In this document: positions 1 to 12,982 of the stretch, piece by piece
Layout of the letters: every line of letters starts with the position of its first letter
How positions within the stretch are numbered: the first letter of the stretch is position 1
From: Octopus bimaculoides
Taxonomy: Eukaryota
Assembly (NCBI RefSeq): GCF_001194135.2
Contig: NC_068989.1
Location: 3,974,840 to 4,038,839, forward strand
Direction: 5' to 3'
Length of the DNA stretch: 64,000 nt
The notes under the pieces: model-generated
The model's database searches: none
What the model was told of the DNA's origin: nothing
Seen by the model: the letters and a program-made list of their open reading frames with translations, nothing else
Program-made: the position numbers and the translations under genes

Positions 1-24
1 TATATATATATATATATATATATA

Positions 25-262
25 TTCAAAAAGAATGAACCGATTTCATTACGCAATATTTTGATAAGGAAAAGCAATAGAAAACTCCAGCTAAGTCACA
101 AGTATTTACTCACAATCAACTTTTATTTCTTGTTTTACAAGTGTTCTATATGACCACCACATGTAGTACGGTCAATATCAATGCAACAAGAGAATTGCTT
201 CCAGGCGCGTATCAGCATATCACGATCCACCAAGTCGATCGCTGTTGTTATAATATTTTTTC
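25..262 (-). mobile_element. Tc1/mariner-superfamily transposase C-terminus plus 3' terminal region, abutting (TA)n
   Basis: Minus-strand ORF 135-398 ends ...AIDLVDRDMLIRAWKQFSCCIDIDRTTCGGHIEHL*, resembling the L-x-R-x-W...G-x-HIEHL* terminus of Tc1/mariner (Tc3-like) transposases. The terminal sequence ttcaaaaagaatgaaccgatt runs into (TA)n, consistent with a TA target. Confidence 0.6.
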
Positions 263-493
263 TTGTGGGTATTTGTAAAAGTTCGCGTTTATCTTCCACG
301 CCGATGACCTTAAACATTTTTATCACAACCTCTCGTTCATCATCATAGAAGTTTTCTTTTGTTTTGAAGCTACATACTCGGTTACCTTCCCAATGCATAT
401 TTTTGCTTGTACAGTCATGTCAACGGGTATATTGCTTTTGTGCTACTGCATGGTATGTATGTATGTATGTATGTATGTTTGTATGTATGTATG

Positions 494-660
494 AATTGCT
501 GGAAATGTGGAGCAGATAAACACCCGACAACTGATGAAGGGTCGTTCTTTATATTCCTTGTCTTGTTCTCCATTTGTTTCTCGTTGTTCGCAAAAATGTT
601 TATCTGCCTATTTCATGTTGTTTTTCGTATTTCGTATGTCATGTTTTCGCATTTCATGTT
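494..660 (+). repeat. Microsatellite-headed dispersed repeat (family E), copy 1
   Basis: ggagcagataaacacccgacaactgatgaagggtcgttctttatattccttgtcttgttctccattt matches the reverse complement of 34040-34137 and, more loosely, 10706-10810. All three copies follow a (TATG)/(TA) tract. Confidence 0.75.
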
Positions 661-1621
661 TACGTTTTGTGATGTTCTGTACCCATATATGCATTTACAC
701 ACACACACACNNNNNNNNNNNNNNNNNNNNNNNNNNNNNNNNNNNNNNNNNNNNNNNNNNNNNNNNNNNNNNNNNNNNNNNNNNNNNNNNNNNNNNNNNN
801 NNNNNNNNNNNNNNNNNNNNNNNNNNNNNNNNNNNNNNNNNNNNNNNNNNNNNNNNNNNNNNNNNNNNNNNNNNNNNNNNNNNNNNNNNNNNNNNNNNNN
901 NNNNNNNNNNNNNNNNNNNNNNNNNNNNNNNNNNNNNNNNNNNNNNNNNNNNNNNNNNNNNNNNNNNNNNNNNNNNNNNNNNNNNNNNNNNNNNNNNNNN
1001 NNNNNNNNNNNNNNNNNNNNNNNNNNNNNNNNNNNNNNNNNNNNNNNNNNNNNNNNNNNNNNNNNNNNNNNNNNNNNNNNNNNNNNNNNNNNNNNNNNNN
1101 NNNNNNNNNNNNNNNNNNNNNNNNNNNNNNNNNNNNNNNNNNNNNNNNNNNNNNNNNNNNNNNNNNNNNNNNNNNNNNNNNNNNNNNNNNNNNNNNNNNN
1201 NNNNNNNNNNNNNNNNNNNNNNNNNNNNNNNNNNNNNNNNNNNNNNNNNNNNNNNNNNNNNNNNNNNNNNNNNNNNNNNNNNNNNNNNNNNNNNNNNNNN
1301 NNNNNNNNNNNNNNNNNNNNNNNNNNNNNNNNNNNNNNNNNNNNNNNNNNNNNNNNNNNNNNNNNNNNNNNNNNNNAATATACACAAATACACACAGATT
1401 TGGTTTTTATTATATTTTTCTGGTTTTGTTTTGAGGGTGGGGTGGGGGGTGGGGGGTTGATATATATTATTGTTTCTGACATACAAAAAAGTAAAGTTGT
1501 AATAAATAAAATAAAATTACTGGCGTCACTTTGAAAGTTTCAAACTGTCCAAATGGAAGAAAAAATAAATATTTACACCACAAACAATAGCAATTGAATA
1601 ATAGTAATGATGATGATGTTC

Positions 1622-1659
<38 letters not shown>

Positions 1660-1697
1660 GATGTTGATAATAATGATAATGATGATGATAATAATTT

Positions 1698-2177
1698 GTT
1701 TCACCAGGCAATGGCTCTCATGACTTCTGATTTTAACTGATTTTGGAAGTGTTATCATGTACAGGTTTTGCCTTGGTATAAGATTTGGGCTGCAGAAAAC
1801 ATTCTGCTCAATACCAGAGATTTGAGAAAAAAGTAGTGGGGGAGCATCATAGCCATGTGTTGAGAGAAATTATTTGGGGTTTGAATAATTTGTTACTGGA
1901 AACATGGGTTTTTCTTTCAACATCCTTAAACAACTTCAAAGACATTTTGAGTGGTGGGATGCGCTACTTGACCTGAAGAAAAATTCTTACTGGGTCTCTA
2001 CCTGCGAGGTCATGAGCTGTTTGTCTTCATATGAGATCACCATGTCGCGCACATATGGTTGCGATGAATGTGCCTGGTGTACCCTTATCAGACGGGTAGT
2101 CATGATGGGTATACTGGGCTTCGTATATTTTACCCCATGTCACTTTGATGGCATGCATTACTCTCTCACTCAATAAT
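1698..2177 (+). mobile_element. Retroposon 3' region (family D, probable 3' UTR of an R4/Dong-type LINE), copy 1
   Basis: gtagtcatgatgggtatactgggcttcgtatattttaccccatgtcactttgatggcatgcattactctctcactcaataat is closely matched at about 62935-63020, where it ends in a long (TAA)n tail and lies just downstream of an RLE remnant. Here it is preceded by a (GAT/TAA)n tract. Confidence 0.7.
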
Positions 2178-3898
2178 TTGTTTCCGATTTAGTCTCAAAT
2201 ACACAAATTTAATGACTCAGTGGTTTTGATGCCGATTAAATCGAAAATATGACCTCAGCTGTATTTGATCTCAGAATATTAAGATCTGCAAGCTAAATCT
2301 CACATTTTGTTTTGTCCGATGCCTTAGAAATTATAATCATTGATAATTTATTTTAATTTCGTTTTAATTAATTATATACAAAGATATAAAAACATTACGC
2401 TCATTATTATACGAGCTGACCATGTGCCGTCAATAATGACAGCTGATTGTTGTATTTTATATACAAATAAGGTACGAAAGAAGGTACATAATAATCACAC
2501 ATACAAACATTCACATACTGCCTTTGTACACGCATACACCTACACACATATACTCACACAAATTTGATACGCTGATTTTTTCTCCACTTCCTTCTTAACC
2601 TATCAATCACCCCTTCCTTTCTCTCATTAATATTACTTTCTCTCATTCCCTCTCAGTCAGGGCTATTACTCTCACTACTTCTCCTTCACTGAATTACTAT
2701 CTTATCTACTCCTCCGCGTCCGGCGTGATTAAATATATAAAAACACTACCTCATTATTATATTTGGAGATAGCTACGCTAATAGTATATGTGCTGCATTT
2801 CTTCAGTTATAAAAATCTAGTTCTGTTGTTATTGGAAATAAACAACGCAGAAGGCGAACAAAACAAACCACGATATATGTATTAATAGGATGCTCAGATG
2901 GCACCCATCAAATGTAGAATTATGTTAACGAATTCTTTTCGCGTAAAACAACATAGATTGATGGATGCTATCAATTGTTCAGAATTAAAGAAAGCTTAGC
3001 AAAGCATTGTAATACATAAAACTGTTATTAGCTTAACGACTGAAAAAAAAAAACACTATCAAAGAAACAAAACCTCGTTGTACAAAACATTTGTCAACAT
3101 ACGATAGGAAACTAGATGAGTAAATTCAAATATAGAAGAGATTGCTTCCGCATCGAAGTTAATAAAATAAGCCAGTTTAAAGAATACAATGCTTATAGAT
3201 AAAATAACTAGCATGGGTCCTTTTTACATGATTAAATGCACAACAAACAATAAACATGACTGTAAATATGAGAATACCAAAAAGAAAACAAACATAAAAA
3301 AACCAAAAAAAAAACACTGTGAGATGGTATAGCATTAGCGAAACACAACCTGCAAAGTTTTCTATTTGCAAGATAGTCACTAATGAAACATTAGCAACAC
3401 TTTGGAGACTCAGTTTTTGAAACTGAAGCTAAATATAACAAAATCAATATTTTGTTAGGTGAATATGTAGCAGCAATATAAAATGAAAACATCACTTCCT
3501 GAAGCATTATACTATCTGACTTTTGGTTTGTTGCAAACTGCTTTTGATTTTGAAAAATCTGGTATTTTATAACATCCAACACTTCTGCTAGTTGTCTTTT
3601 GATCTAGCGCAACAGCCATCTTCAATTTCCCTTTAAACACACGGGAATAAATGTCCGCATTTTGTTTTACAGGTAGGTCGACAATGTTATTCTAGAAAAG
3701 ACCACTCATCTGACTATTACATCTTAATACTTGACAACCTGTGATCTATAAAATTCACTCGAAATTATTGTTCGACAGAATAACTGAACGCTTACAAAAT
3801 ACATGTAATTCAAGTATACAGAATTTCCAGTGCATTTTTCTCTCAGCATTCCTTTAAAGCAAAACGTTAAACAGGGCTAAGATTTCTATGATAAGACA

Positions 3899-5088
3899 AT
3901 CCACCATATTTTATATATGGAAGAACTGAAGTTGTATATAGCAAATGAACAACTCCAAACACTACTGTTGGATTAGAAAAATGTACCAAGGTAATCCTGA
4001 AGAGAGAGAACTTAATTCCAAACAGTAAACATACTCGAATGAAAGGTTGGAGAACACAATGGTAAGAAGAGTTCTCGGGGCAACGAGAATCACCTGGTCA
4101 TTGATAAAACAGTTTTGAGGCATTGTAAAAAAACATACAAACATGTCTATGGCTTGGATTGAATTTAAGAAGGCATATGATATGATGCCTCATTCTTGGA
4201 TCATCGAATACCTGCAGATCTTTGGTGTTGCTGACAATATCACAACTTTTCTGGTGAATAGCATGAAAGAGTGGAAAATCAAGTTGGACTCAAGTAATGT
4301 ATTCCTTGGAGAAGTTAATATTAAAATGGGAAGCTTCCACGATGACTAGTTTTCTCCATTTGATCATTGATCATTGCTGCACAAGATCAGGCTCTCGCTA
4401 CCGAGTCAGTGAAGTATAACATCTATAAAACCTCTGACACCCAGAAATGCAGACTCTATGGAAAGAGTGCAGAACCTTTCACAAAAAGAATACATGCGTA
4501 GCCATGATAAAGTGTGTGTGTATCTTCATTGGCTCTTATGCCGTAAATACCAATATGAAGTAACAGAGAACTGGTATGAGCATGTACCAAATAAAGTTAT
4601 GCAGGAGGATGGAAAATAACGACACTCTTGGGCTATAATTTTCAGACGGCTCGTGTAATCGAACACTGTCGGCCGCATATTGTCATATTGAATGAGAGAG
4701 ACAAATACTGTCAGATCATTGATGTAGCCATACCAAGTGACATGAATGATGGGAGTAAAGAAGTTGAAAAAATCACCAAATATTTCGAATCGAAAGTGGA
4801 AATGGCAAGACTGTATGGAATGCGAGAGGGTAATGTAAAAGTGATAGCAGAGGTGATCGGAGGGTTGGGCTCAATTCCATTGAAACGTCAAGACTTCTCA
4901 AGGCAACTGGAAATCCCATGCAAGTTTTATGTCGTGCAAAAAGCAGCCTTATTGGGCACAGCGCACAGCTTAAGGAAAGTATTATCTGTCTGGTGTATTT
5001 GTTGTAACTTGGCAAATGACTAAAGACTCCGGTGCATTTTTACCTACACTGTGTTACGAAGGAATAATAATAATAATAATAATAATAA
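3899..5088 (+). mobile_element. Decayed R4/Dong-clade non-LTR retrotransposon (RT fragments, CCHC finger, restriction-like endonuclease) with (TAA)n tail
   Basis: Translations: IHHILYMEELKLY (RT5, YMDD decayed); GLEKCTKVILKR (RT6); MAWIEFKKAYDMMPHSWI (RT3); AAQDQALAT...KCRL; HDKV..YLHW; RPHIVI...IIDVAIPSD (PD-D/ExK); VIGGLG; KAALLGTAHSLRKVL. (TAA)n at 5063-5088. Stops, frameshifts and deletions throughout. Confidence 0.9.
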
Positions 5089-5295
5089 GGACAAGGCCTG
5101 AATTTTGAGGGAGAGGTACGACGAAGGATGAAAGGCAAAATCGAGATCGACGGAATTGGACATATTTATGTTATCGTCCCCGCGAAATGATGAAAGGCAA
5201 AGTCGACCTCGGCGGAATTTGAACTCAGAACGTAACGGGAGACGAAATGAAGCTAAGCCTTTTATCCGACGTGCTAACGATTCTGCCAGCACACC
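5089..5295 (-). mobile_element. tRNA-type SINE family A
   Basis: Reverse complement of ggcagaatcgttagcacg...gttctgagttcaaattccgccgaggtcgactttgcctttcatc...; the same core recurs about 10 times in the window (e.g. 10163, 22433, 46412). Confidence 0.85.
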
Positions 5296-6453
5296 GTGTA
5301 ATATTCGTCATCGTTTGTAAGAGAAGTGAAACAGAAAAAGAAAGAGATACCAGACGCAATCAAGAAACTATGCAGAATTAGGAAAGATGGTGCACTTTGT
5401 AAAACAGCTAAAAACGAAACAAAATTTTAACAAACGTAATTGTTGAACATTCTCTTTCAGAACGAAGAATTTCAATATTCAGTCGAAAAATAAATAAAGT
5501 AAAGGAAAGAAAGAAAAAAGAGAAGGGAAGAAGGAAAGAAGGAATGGTTAAATTTTAAGTTATTACTTTAACACAAATGATGTAGGAAGTTTCAGTATAG
5601 AAAACTGTAACAATAGAAATGACAGCAGATGTCTGCAGGCTGTAAAAGAAAAGACAAAATCAATTTATAATTAGCGATTTAAGTGTAAAAAACCCCCGTT
5701 GGGAACGATTATGTTTACGTACATAAATATAGTTTATATTCTTAAAGTTAACTGATGTGATAGTCGAAATAAATTGTTGAATAAAGCGAAAGGAACCAAA
5801 AAATTAAGCAGTTCTGTGGCGTTGCTACAACCCCCAAACACGATTTAAACAGTGAAAGAACAAAAACTGAAGGTCTTCATCTCATCGTTTTCTTCCCGAA
5901 CAGGAAAAATTATTAATAGTTTGTGAAAACAATAGAAGAAAACAATGAGTAATGGCGTGTGATCAGTGCCATTTAGTCTAGAAAGAATAGTGTTCCTTTA
6001 AAGTCGGATATTGTTAAAAAGCATGAAATAAAATGGCGGAAAATAACGCAAAAAGAATATATGCTTCAAGACGCTTTTCATTCTGAAAAGGAATTGACAC
6101 AAGGATAAGCAGATACAATGTCAGGTTTGTAATGATTAACGGCACACTTGGGAGGAATGTAAATATGAACGATGCATATTCCAAAAGCATACATATTTAT
6201 CTATCTAACATGTATATATGCATAAATGGATGAACGTTTACGCGCACACAACACACAGACACACACATGTTGATATATAAAATACAAACACACACATACA
6301 AAATACACACAAATACTTGTGTATATATATATATATATATATATATGCATAATACAATTGGTCTACCTTCAAGTCTCCATTGTTTTTAGTCATTAAAGAC
6401 ACACGCACACACATATGCGTGTTTGTTTGTTTCTCTCTGTGTATATTTAGGAC

Positions 6454-6564
<111 letters not shown>

Positions 6565-6797
6565 TGTGTGTCTGTGTGTATGTATTTGATGAGGGTAAAT
6601 ATATATACTTGTGTATACACACACAGCTACTTACACATCCACTCACACACATGCACACACACACGCATACATATTTATATGTATATATATATATACAAAC
6701 ATCCAGTTGCACATCCATTCTTTCCAATGATGGAGTTTTGTACTTTTGTTAGAAATCATGTCCTTATTAAGAGTAAGAACTTGAACAATTAAAAATG

Positions 6798-6845
<48 letters not shown>

Positions 6846-8233
6846 ACACACATATGCACATACATATATTCATTCCAAAGACTGAGCTTTGTATCTTTTT
6901 ATAAACCAGAGGAAAAGTGTCAATAATTAAAAATAGAAGAGAGCATACATACATACATACATACACACATACATACACACATACATACACACATACATAC
7001 ATACATGCATACATACATACATACATACATACATNNNNNNNNNNNNNNNNNNNNNNNNNNNNNNNNNNNNNNNNNNNNNNNNNNNNNNNNNNNNNNNNNN
7101 NNNNNNNNNNNNNNNNNNNNNNNNNNNNNNNNNNNNNNNNNNNNNNNNNNNNNNNNNNNNNNNNNNNNNNNNNNNNNNNNNNNNNNNNNNNNNNNNNNNN
7201 NNNNNNNNNNNNNNNNNNNNNNNNNNNNNNNNNNNNNNNNNNNNNNNNNNNNNNNNNNNNNNNNNNNNNNNNNNNNNNNNNNNNNNNNNNNNNNNNNNNN
7301 NNNNNNNNNNNNNNNNNNNNNNNNNNNNNNNNNNNNNNNNNNNNNNNNNNNNNNNNNNNNNNNNNNNNNNNNNNNNNNNNNNNNNNNNNNNNNNNNNNNN
7401 NNNNNNNNNNNNNNNNNNNNNNNNNNNNNNNNNNNNNNNNNNNNNNNNNNNNNNNNNNNNNNNNNNNNNNNNNNNNNNNNNNNNNNNNNNNNNNNNNNNN
7501 NNNNNNNNNNNNNNNNNNNNNNNNNNNNNNNNNNNNNNNNNNNNNNNNNNNNNNNNNNNNNNNNNNNNNNNNNNNNNNNNNNNNNNNNNNNNNNNNNNNN
7601 NNNNNNNNNNNNNNNNNNNNNNNNNNNNNNNNNNNNNNNNNNNNNNNNNNCATACATACATACATACATACACACATACATACACACATACATACATACA
7701 TGCATACATGCATACATACATACATACATGCATGCTTTCGTAAATCGTATGTGTATATTCAGAAATTCTTTGGTATTGTTGCTACGGAAGCAATAATCGT
7801 AGTGAGGATATTTTTGTTAATTTTTTTCTTCACCGATCAATTGACCGATTGAGGAAATCTGGACTACTAGGAAACGGCAGTAAGCGAAATTTACTACAAT
7901 AAAGAAGTATAAGTGATGACCATTATTTATGCCTTGTCTTGTATATAACTCTGTAAAGCAAAAAGAAACATTATGACAGGAACAAAACCATAGCTATACA
8001 ATACAGAATGGTGATGGACTATAATATTGGAGCCTGAAACAAGGATACTCGGAGTTTTTTTTCATAGTCTAAACAATACTTGTTAGCCTTGCTTAGCGTG
8101 ATTATAAATTATTTTGCCTGGAGTGTTAATTCTTCGCTAATGACTCCGTTTTAATATTTCACACAATTATTTTGAGTTAGCCTACGACAAAATTCTTTAA
8201 TAATGGAAGATTTAAATATATTCCAATTTATAC

Positions 8234-8273
<40 letters not shown>

Positions 8274-8715
8274 NNNNNNNNNNNNNNNNNNNNNNNNNNN
8301 NNNNNNNNNNNNNNNNNNNNNNNNNNNNNNNNNNNNNNNNNNNNNNNNNNNNNNNNNNNNNNNNNNNNNNNNNNNNNNNNNNNNNNNNNNNNNNNNNNNN
8401 NNNNNNNNNNNNNNNNNNNNNNNNNNNNNNNNNNNNNNNNNNNNNNNNNNNNNNNNNNNNNNNNNNNNNNNNNNNNNNNNNNNNNNNNNNNNNNNNNNNN
8501 NNNNNNNNNNNNNNNNNNNNNNNNNNNNNNNNNNNNNNNNNNNNNNNNNNNNNNNNNNNNNNNNNNNNNNNNNNNNNNNNNNNNNNNNNNNNNNNNNNNN
8601 NNNNNNNNNNNNNNNNNNNNNNNNNNNNNNNNNNNNNNNNNNNNNNNNNNNNNNNNNNNNNNNNNNNNNNNNNNNNNNNNNNNNNNNNNNNNNCACACAC
8701 AGACACACCCACACA

Positions 8716-8754
<39 letters not shown>

Positions 8755-8762
8755 GCATATTT

Positions 8763-8932
8763 AGAACGGGCTTCGATCAGTTTCCGTCTACGAAATGCAC
8801 TCACAAAAATTTGGTCGGGCCGAGGCAATAAAAAATAGTAGAAGTTACTCGCCCGGTGTTTCACGAATTAGGACTGAACCCGCAACCATGTGATTGGGAA
8901 GCAAATTTCTTACCACACAGCCACCCTGTGGC
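8763..8932 (-). mobile_element. tRNA-type SINE family B, 5' half
   Basis: Reverse complement of ggctgtgtggtaagaaatttgcttcccaatcacatggttgcgggttcagtcc...gacggaaactga; homologous to 56990-57150. Confidence 0.8.
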
Positions 8933-9890
8933 TATGTATCTATGTGTGCATGCATGTATGTATGTGTGTGTGTGTCGGTGTTTGTCTGCGTGTGCGTGCA
9001 TTTGTATGCGTGTGTGGGCGGGTTTTTGTATGTATGCATGTAGGAATATAAGCACTTGAATAAATGTAGAGACAAGAGATCAGAGGGAGAGAGAAGGAGA
9101 GAAAGAGAGAGAATGATAAATAGATGTATATATTTCAATCTGCGCATGTGCGTTCGTGTATATCTCAATAGATATATGAGATATTATATCAAACATTGCG
9201 ATAAGAGAGATAATTAAAGACAAATGTAAATAAAAACGCCAAAGACTTCCATTCTTTCCATATAATCAGTAATTATATTCTTATATTCCACAGTTCTCAT
9301 ATTCTATTTATCTTGCCATAGTTACCTAAGTGCTTTGTTTCCCTATTTTATTATCCTCTCAATCTGTAATTCAGTAAATCAGTTATTCTATTATTCTGTA
9401 TTTATTAGCTATGCTTCTTACATATTTACTCTTGTTTTTTCTTTTCTATCGTTATCTGGGTTCTGTTTGTTTGTTTGTTTGTCTGTTGCAGGTTTCGTTT
9501 GATAACATTACTTTTCCTACGATTTATTGTTATTGTTTGTTTGTTTTTTTCTTTTCCATTTCTGATATTGTTTTTTTAAAATTTTATTTATTTATTTATT
9601 TTATTCATTTATTCATTCATTCATTTTTATGTTTCAACTCTGTGCGTTCTGCTCTAGTTCTTTTATTACCTGTGTCCGTCTGTCTCACTTGCTCTCCATC
9701 ATTCTGTTTCACACAACACACAAACGCACACCCAGAAACACATACACACACAAGCACTCACACACACACACACACACACAAACACACACGGAATGAGTGA
9801 GTTATAAGTATGCAATTCGCAAATATAAATGTATATTATGCGTACATCTATATTAATATGCATTTGTGTATACACAAATACATGTATACA

Positions 9891-9920
<30 letters not shown>

Positions 9921-9973
<53 letters not shown>

Positions 9974-9975
9974 TA

Positions 9976-10035
<60 letters not shown>

Positions 10036-10055
10036 ATAGCTAGATAGATAGACAG
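9921..10055. repeat. (GATA)n microsatellite
   Basis: Long, slightly interrupted TAGA run following (TA)n. Confidence 0.95.
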
Positions 10056-10162
10056 ACAGATCTGTTTAATTTTTCCTTCTTTATTAATCGTATAGATTAT
10101 AACTCCTCATGAAAGTACGCAACGCGTTATAAATGCAGTGTCACTATAAACTGAATAACACA

Positions 10163-10333
10163 GGCAGTGAGCCGGCAGAGTGGTTAACACGCCGGACAAA
10201 ATGCTTAGCGGTATTTCGTCCGACTTTACGTTCAGAGTTCAAACTCCGGCGATGTCGACTTTGCCTTTCATCCTTTCGGGGCCGATAAATTAAGTATCAG
10301 TCAAGTACTGGGTTCTATGTTCTCGACTTTACC
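10163..10333 (+). mobile_element. SINE family A
   Basis: ggcagagtggttaacacgccggacaaaatgcttagcggtatttcgtcc...gagttcaaactccggcgatgtcgactttgcctttcatcctttcgggg; A-box-like and B-box-like (gagttcaaa) motifs. Confidence 0.85.
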
Positions 10334-10432
10334 ATCCGATATACTGTTCGATTACATAATCACGTGATGTGAAATAGATGGGAATGTAAGAACTTACTGT
10401 GGTGTATTTTACACACACACATACATATATAT

Positions 10433-10685
10433 GATGGCTGCTCCCTCGTTATCAAATATGGCCATTGCACGAAGCTTAACATAACGGTGCTGTGATCGAA
10501 TGTGACTTTTTAGCCCAGCCAAAGATCTACAATGTCTTGCACAGAGTTGGCATCCAAAACCTTTACTGGCAATAGCTGGCTGTTGTTGTAATTGGGCTCC
10601 ATGTACTTTTGCGTGTCGTTTAAGTTCTCCTGCTGAATCACACTCCCTTCCACATGACCGACAGACATTATTAGTAGAGATTAGT
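10433..10685 (-). mobile_element. Fragment encoding two C2H2 zinc fingers, probably the 3' end of an RTE-clade LINE
   Basis: CRSCGRECDSAGELKRHAKVH and CQLCARHCRSLAGLKSHIRSQH, both C-x2-C-x12-H-x3/4-H, followed by MAIFDNEGAA and then microsatellite. No TGEKP linker. catacatatatat lies on both flanks (10420-10432 and 10693-10707), like a TSD but low complexity. Confidence 0.6.
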
Positions 10686-10705
10686 ATACATACATACATA
10701 TATAT

Positions 10706-10810
10706 ATTGCCTTCGAAACGCGGAGTAGATGGAACATGGACAACTGACGAAGGAATATACTCTTTATGTTGCATGTCTCGTTTCTCTGTTTGTTTTTTTC
10801 GTTTTATGTT
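10706..10810 (+). repeat. Family E dispersed repeat, copy 2
   Basis: ttgccttcgaaacgcggagtagatggaacatggacaactgacgaagg aligns with ttgctggaaatgtggagcagataaacacccgacaactgatgaagg at 496-540. Confidence 0.6.
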
Positions 10811-10923
10811 TTATTCCGCGTCGTAGGACTCACACGTTTCGGCACTCGGTATCCAGGGACTAGAAGTGACCGGCATCACAGCCTTCTCCAGAACAGAACG
10901 CCGGTCCGATAGTGATTTGAACA

Positions 10924-11671
10924 CCAGCAGTTTTTGAGGTGAGGGGCAAGTCGATCAATAACGTACTAGTACTTGACTGGTACTTTATTAATCAATCTCG
11001 ATTTGATCTCATCAAATTTTACTTTGATGAGAGCGGAATTGAGATTGTAAAGAACCAGAAGATATACCGCTAAGAATCCTACCCGCACGCCTCATCAATA
11101 ACCCTTCCTACTGTACGCACAAAGCCTGACACTTGTGGGTGTAACTGGCCCTTATTTCATCGACCCTGAAATGATGAAAGACAAGGTCGACCTCGGCGGA
11201 ATTTGAACTCAGAACGTAAGGACGGGTGAAATGTCGCTAAGCGTTTTGCCCGGCGCCATAACTATTCTGCCAGCTGCCCACATCAGTAATAACGAGTTTA
11301 AATTTTGGTTCAAGGAGAAAAGGGCGAGTTTATTGACTTCAGTGGTCAAGTTGTGCATCTTTCATCGACCGTGAAAGTATGAGAGACAAAGTCGATCTCA
11401 GCGGGAATTGGACTCGTAAAAAGTAAAAGACCGGAAGAAGTAGTTTGTCTAATAATTCTACTTTGACGCTACTTTAATAATAACAGGACCAAAATTTAGC
11501 TCAAAGAGAAAAGAGCGACTTCTGTGCTCAACTGGTACATGTTTCATCGACCCTGAAATGATAAGAGGCAAAGTCGATGTCGGCGGGAACTGAAATGAGA
11601 ACGTAAGTAAGCGGAAGAAATTACGCGGAGTTTTTCGTCCGACGCGCTACTTTTTCTGCCAGCTCGTCGCC
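10924..11671 (-). mobile_element. Cluster of four co-oriented SINE family A copies (about 10924-11090, 11117-11279, 11300-11440, 11486-11671)
   Basis: Repeated catcgacc(c/g)tgaaa..atga.agac/gcaaagtcga.ctc.gcgg.aatt(t)gaactc core at about 11158, 11365 and 11545, plus a more decayed copy at about 10950-11080. Confidence 0.75.
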
Positions 11672-12364
11672 TTTTAATGTATGTGCTTGAGTGAAATTGT
11701 GTTTGATGCTATCTAACTGGTGAGAAGAAACTTGATAGTAACCTCGTTGAAGGAGACGGAAATTAGATATCAGTCAATAATGCTATAGCAAACCATTAAA
11801 GGCAACCATTTTGATTTACAGGCTTCGTTTATGTATTCTATAATTTATATGGCGTTCTGATCAAAGTAGTTGTTTATCAGGGAAGAAATCTCACTAGTTA
11901 GACATTAAATTGAAAATAATAGGCAACTGAAGAGACCAGCATAAATTGATGATATATAACATTAGAATGGAACAAAGTAACTTAGAAAAATATTTCCATG
12001 AAATATTTCATTGCAAATTGTCACAGAATACGCATGGTAATATTGTTATAGGAAATTGTTATAAAACGACATAAATGGCACGTTTCAACACACAGCTAAC
12101 AGTCACTAAATAATATCAAGAATTTAATTGTAACAGCAACATTGGTTTCTTCCATTGGTCTGCTTCTTCCAAGAGATTAATGGGTTCAGTTTCCAATTGA
12201 TTGCATGAACCTGTTAAGAATAGCGCCATCACACCCTACGGTTTTCAAATATCTAGGATACAGTGAGACATATAAATCCACGCATACACACACACACAGA
12301 CAGATACATACACGCGCACACAAACACGCACATACACGCTTTTACACGATCAAATACTCGCATA

Positions 12365-12580
12365 CACTTTTATCTTTTACTTCATTCAGTCAATAGACTA
12401 TGGCTATGCTGGGACATGGCCCTCAAGAATTTGTACTCAGATAAATCGACCCCAGCACGTAATTTATTTTGAGCCTGATACGCCTGCCATCAGTGTCTTT
12501 TGCCGAACACCGATGTAAACACACCAAGACCGGTTGTGAAGCGCTGGGATGACAAAGACAGGCAAAAACACATACACTTG
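12365..12580 (-). mobile_element. SINE family B, 3' half, with adjacent (TG)/(GATA) tract
   Basis: ttcattcagtcaatagactatggctatgctgg...aatcgaccccag...cttttgccgaac is the reverse complement of the family B 3' end (compare 57270-57410). Confidence 0.75.
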
Positions 12581-12588
12581 AACATATA

Positions 12589-12624
<36 letters not shown>

Positions 12625-12644
12625 TGTGTGTGTGTGTATGTATG

Positions 12645-12717
<73 letters not shown>

Positions 12718-12934
12718 TTATAAATAGATACGATGAGAGTATAATATTGTCTAGGTGTTGCACCTGGTTGCATCATATTTATTGATGTATCACCAAGTCA
12801 TAGAATGGCCACAAGAAGCAGCTGTAAAAAGAGAGAACTAATTACATCATGGAAATTGTATTCACATCTCTTCCTATAAATACATTCCTAACGCCTGGAG
12901 ACGTCTGTTCTCCTCCTCCTCCTCCTCCTCCTCC

Positions 12935-12982
<48 letters not shown>

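Noticed and set aside
10706-10765. Type II (permuted) hammerhead in family E
   Set aside because: No NUH triplet and no stem I/III pairing between GAAA and CUGACGA.
10820-10900. Minus-strand ctggaga-a-ggc...gcc-gaaacgt hammerhead-like arrangement
   Set aside because: Core mismatch, and no stem I complementarity found.
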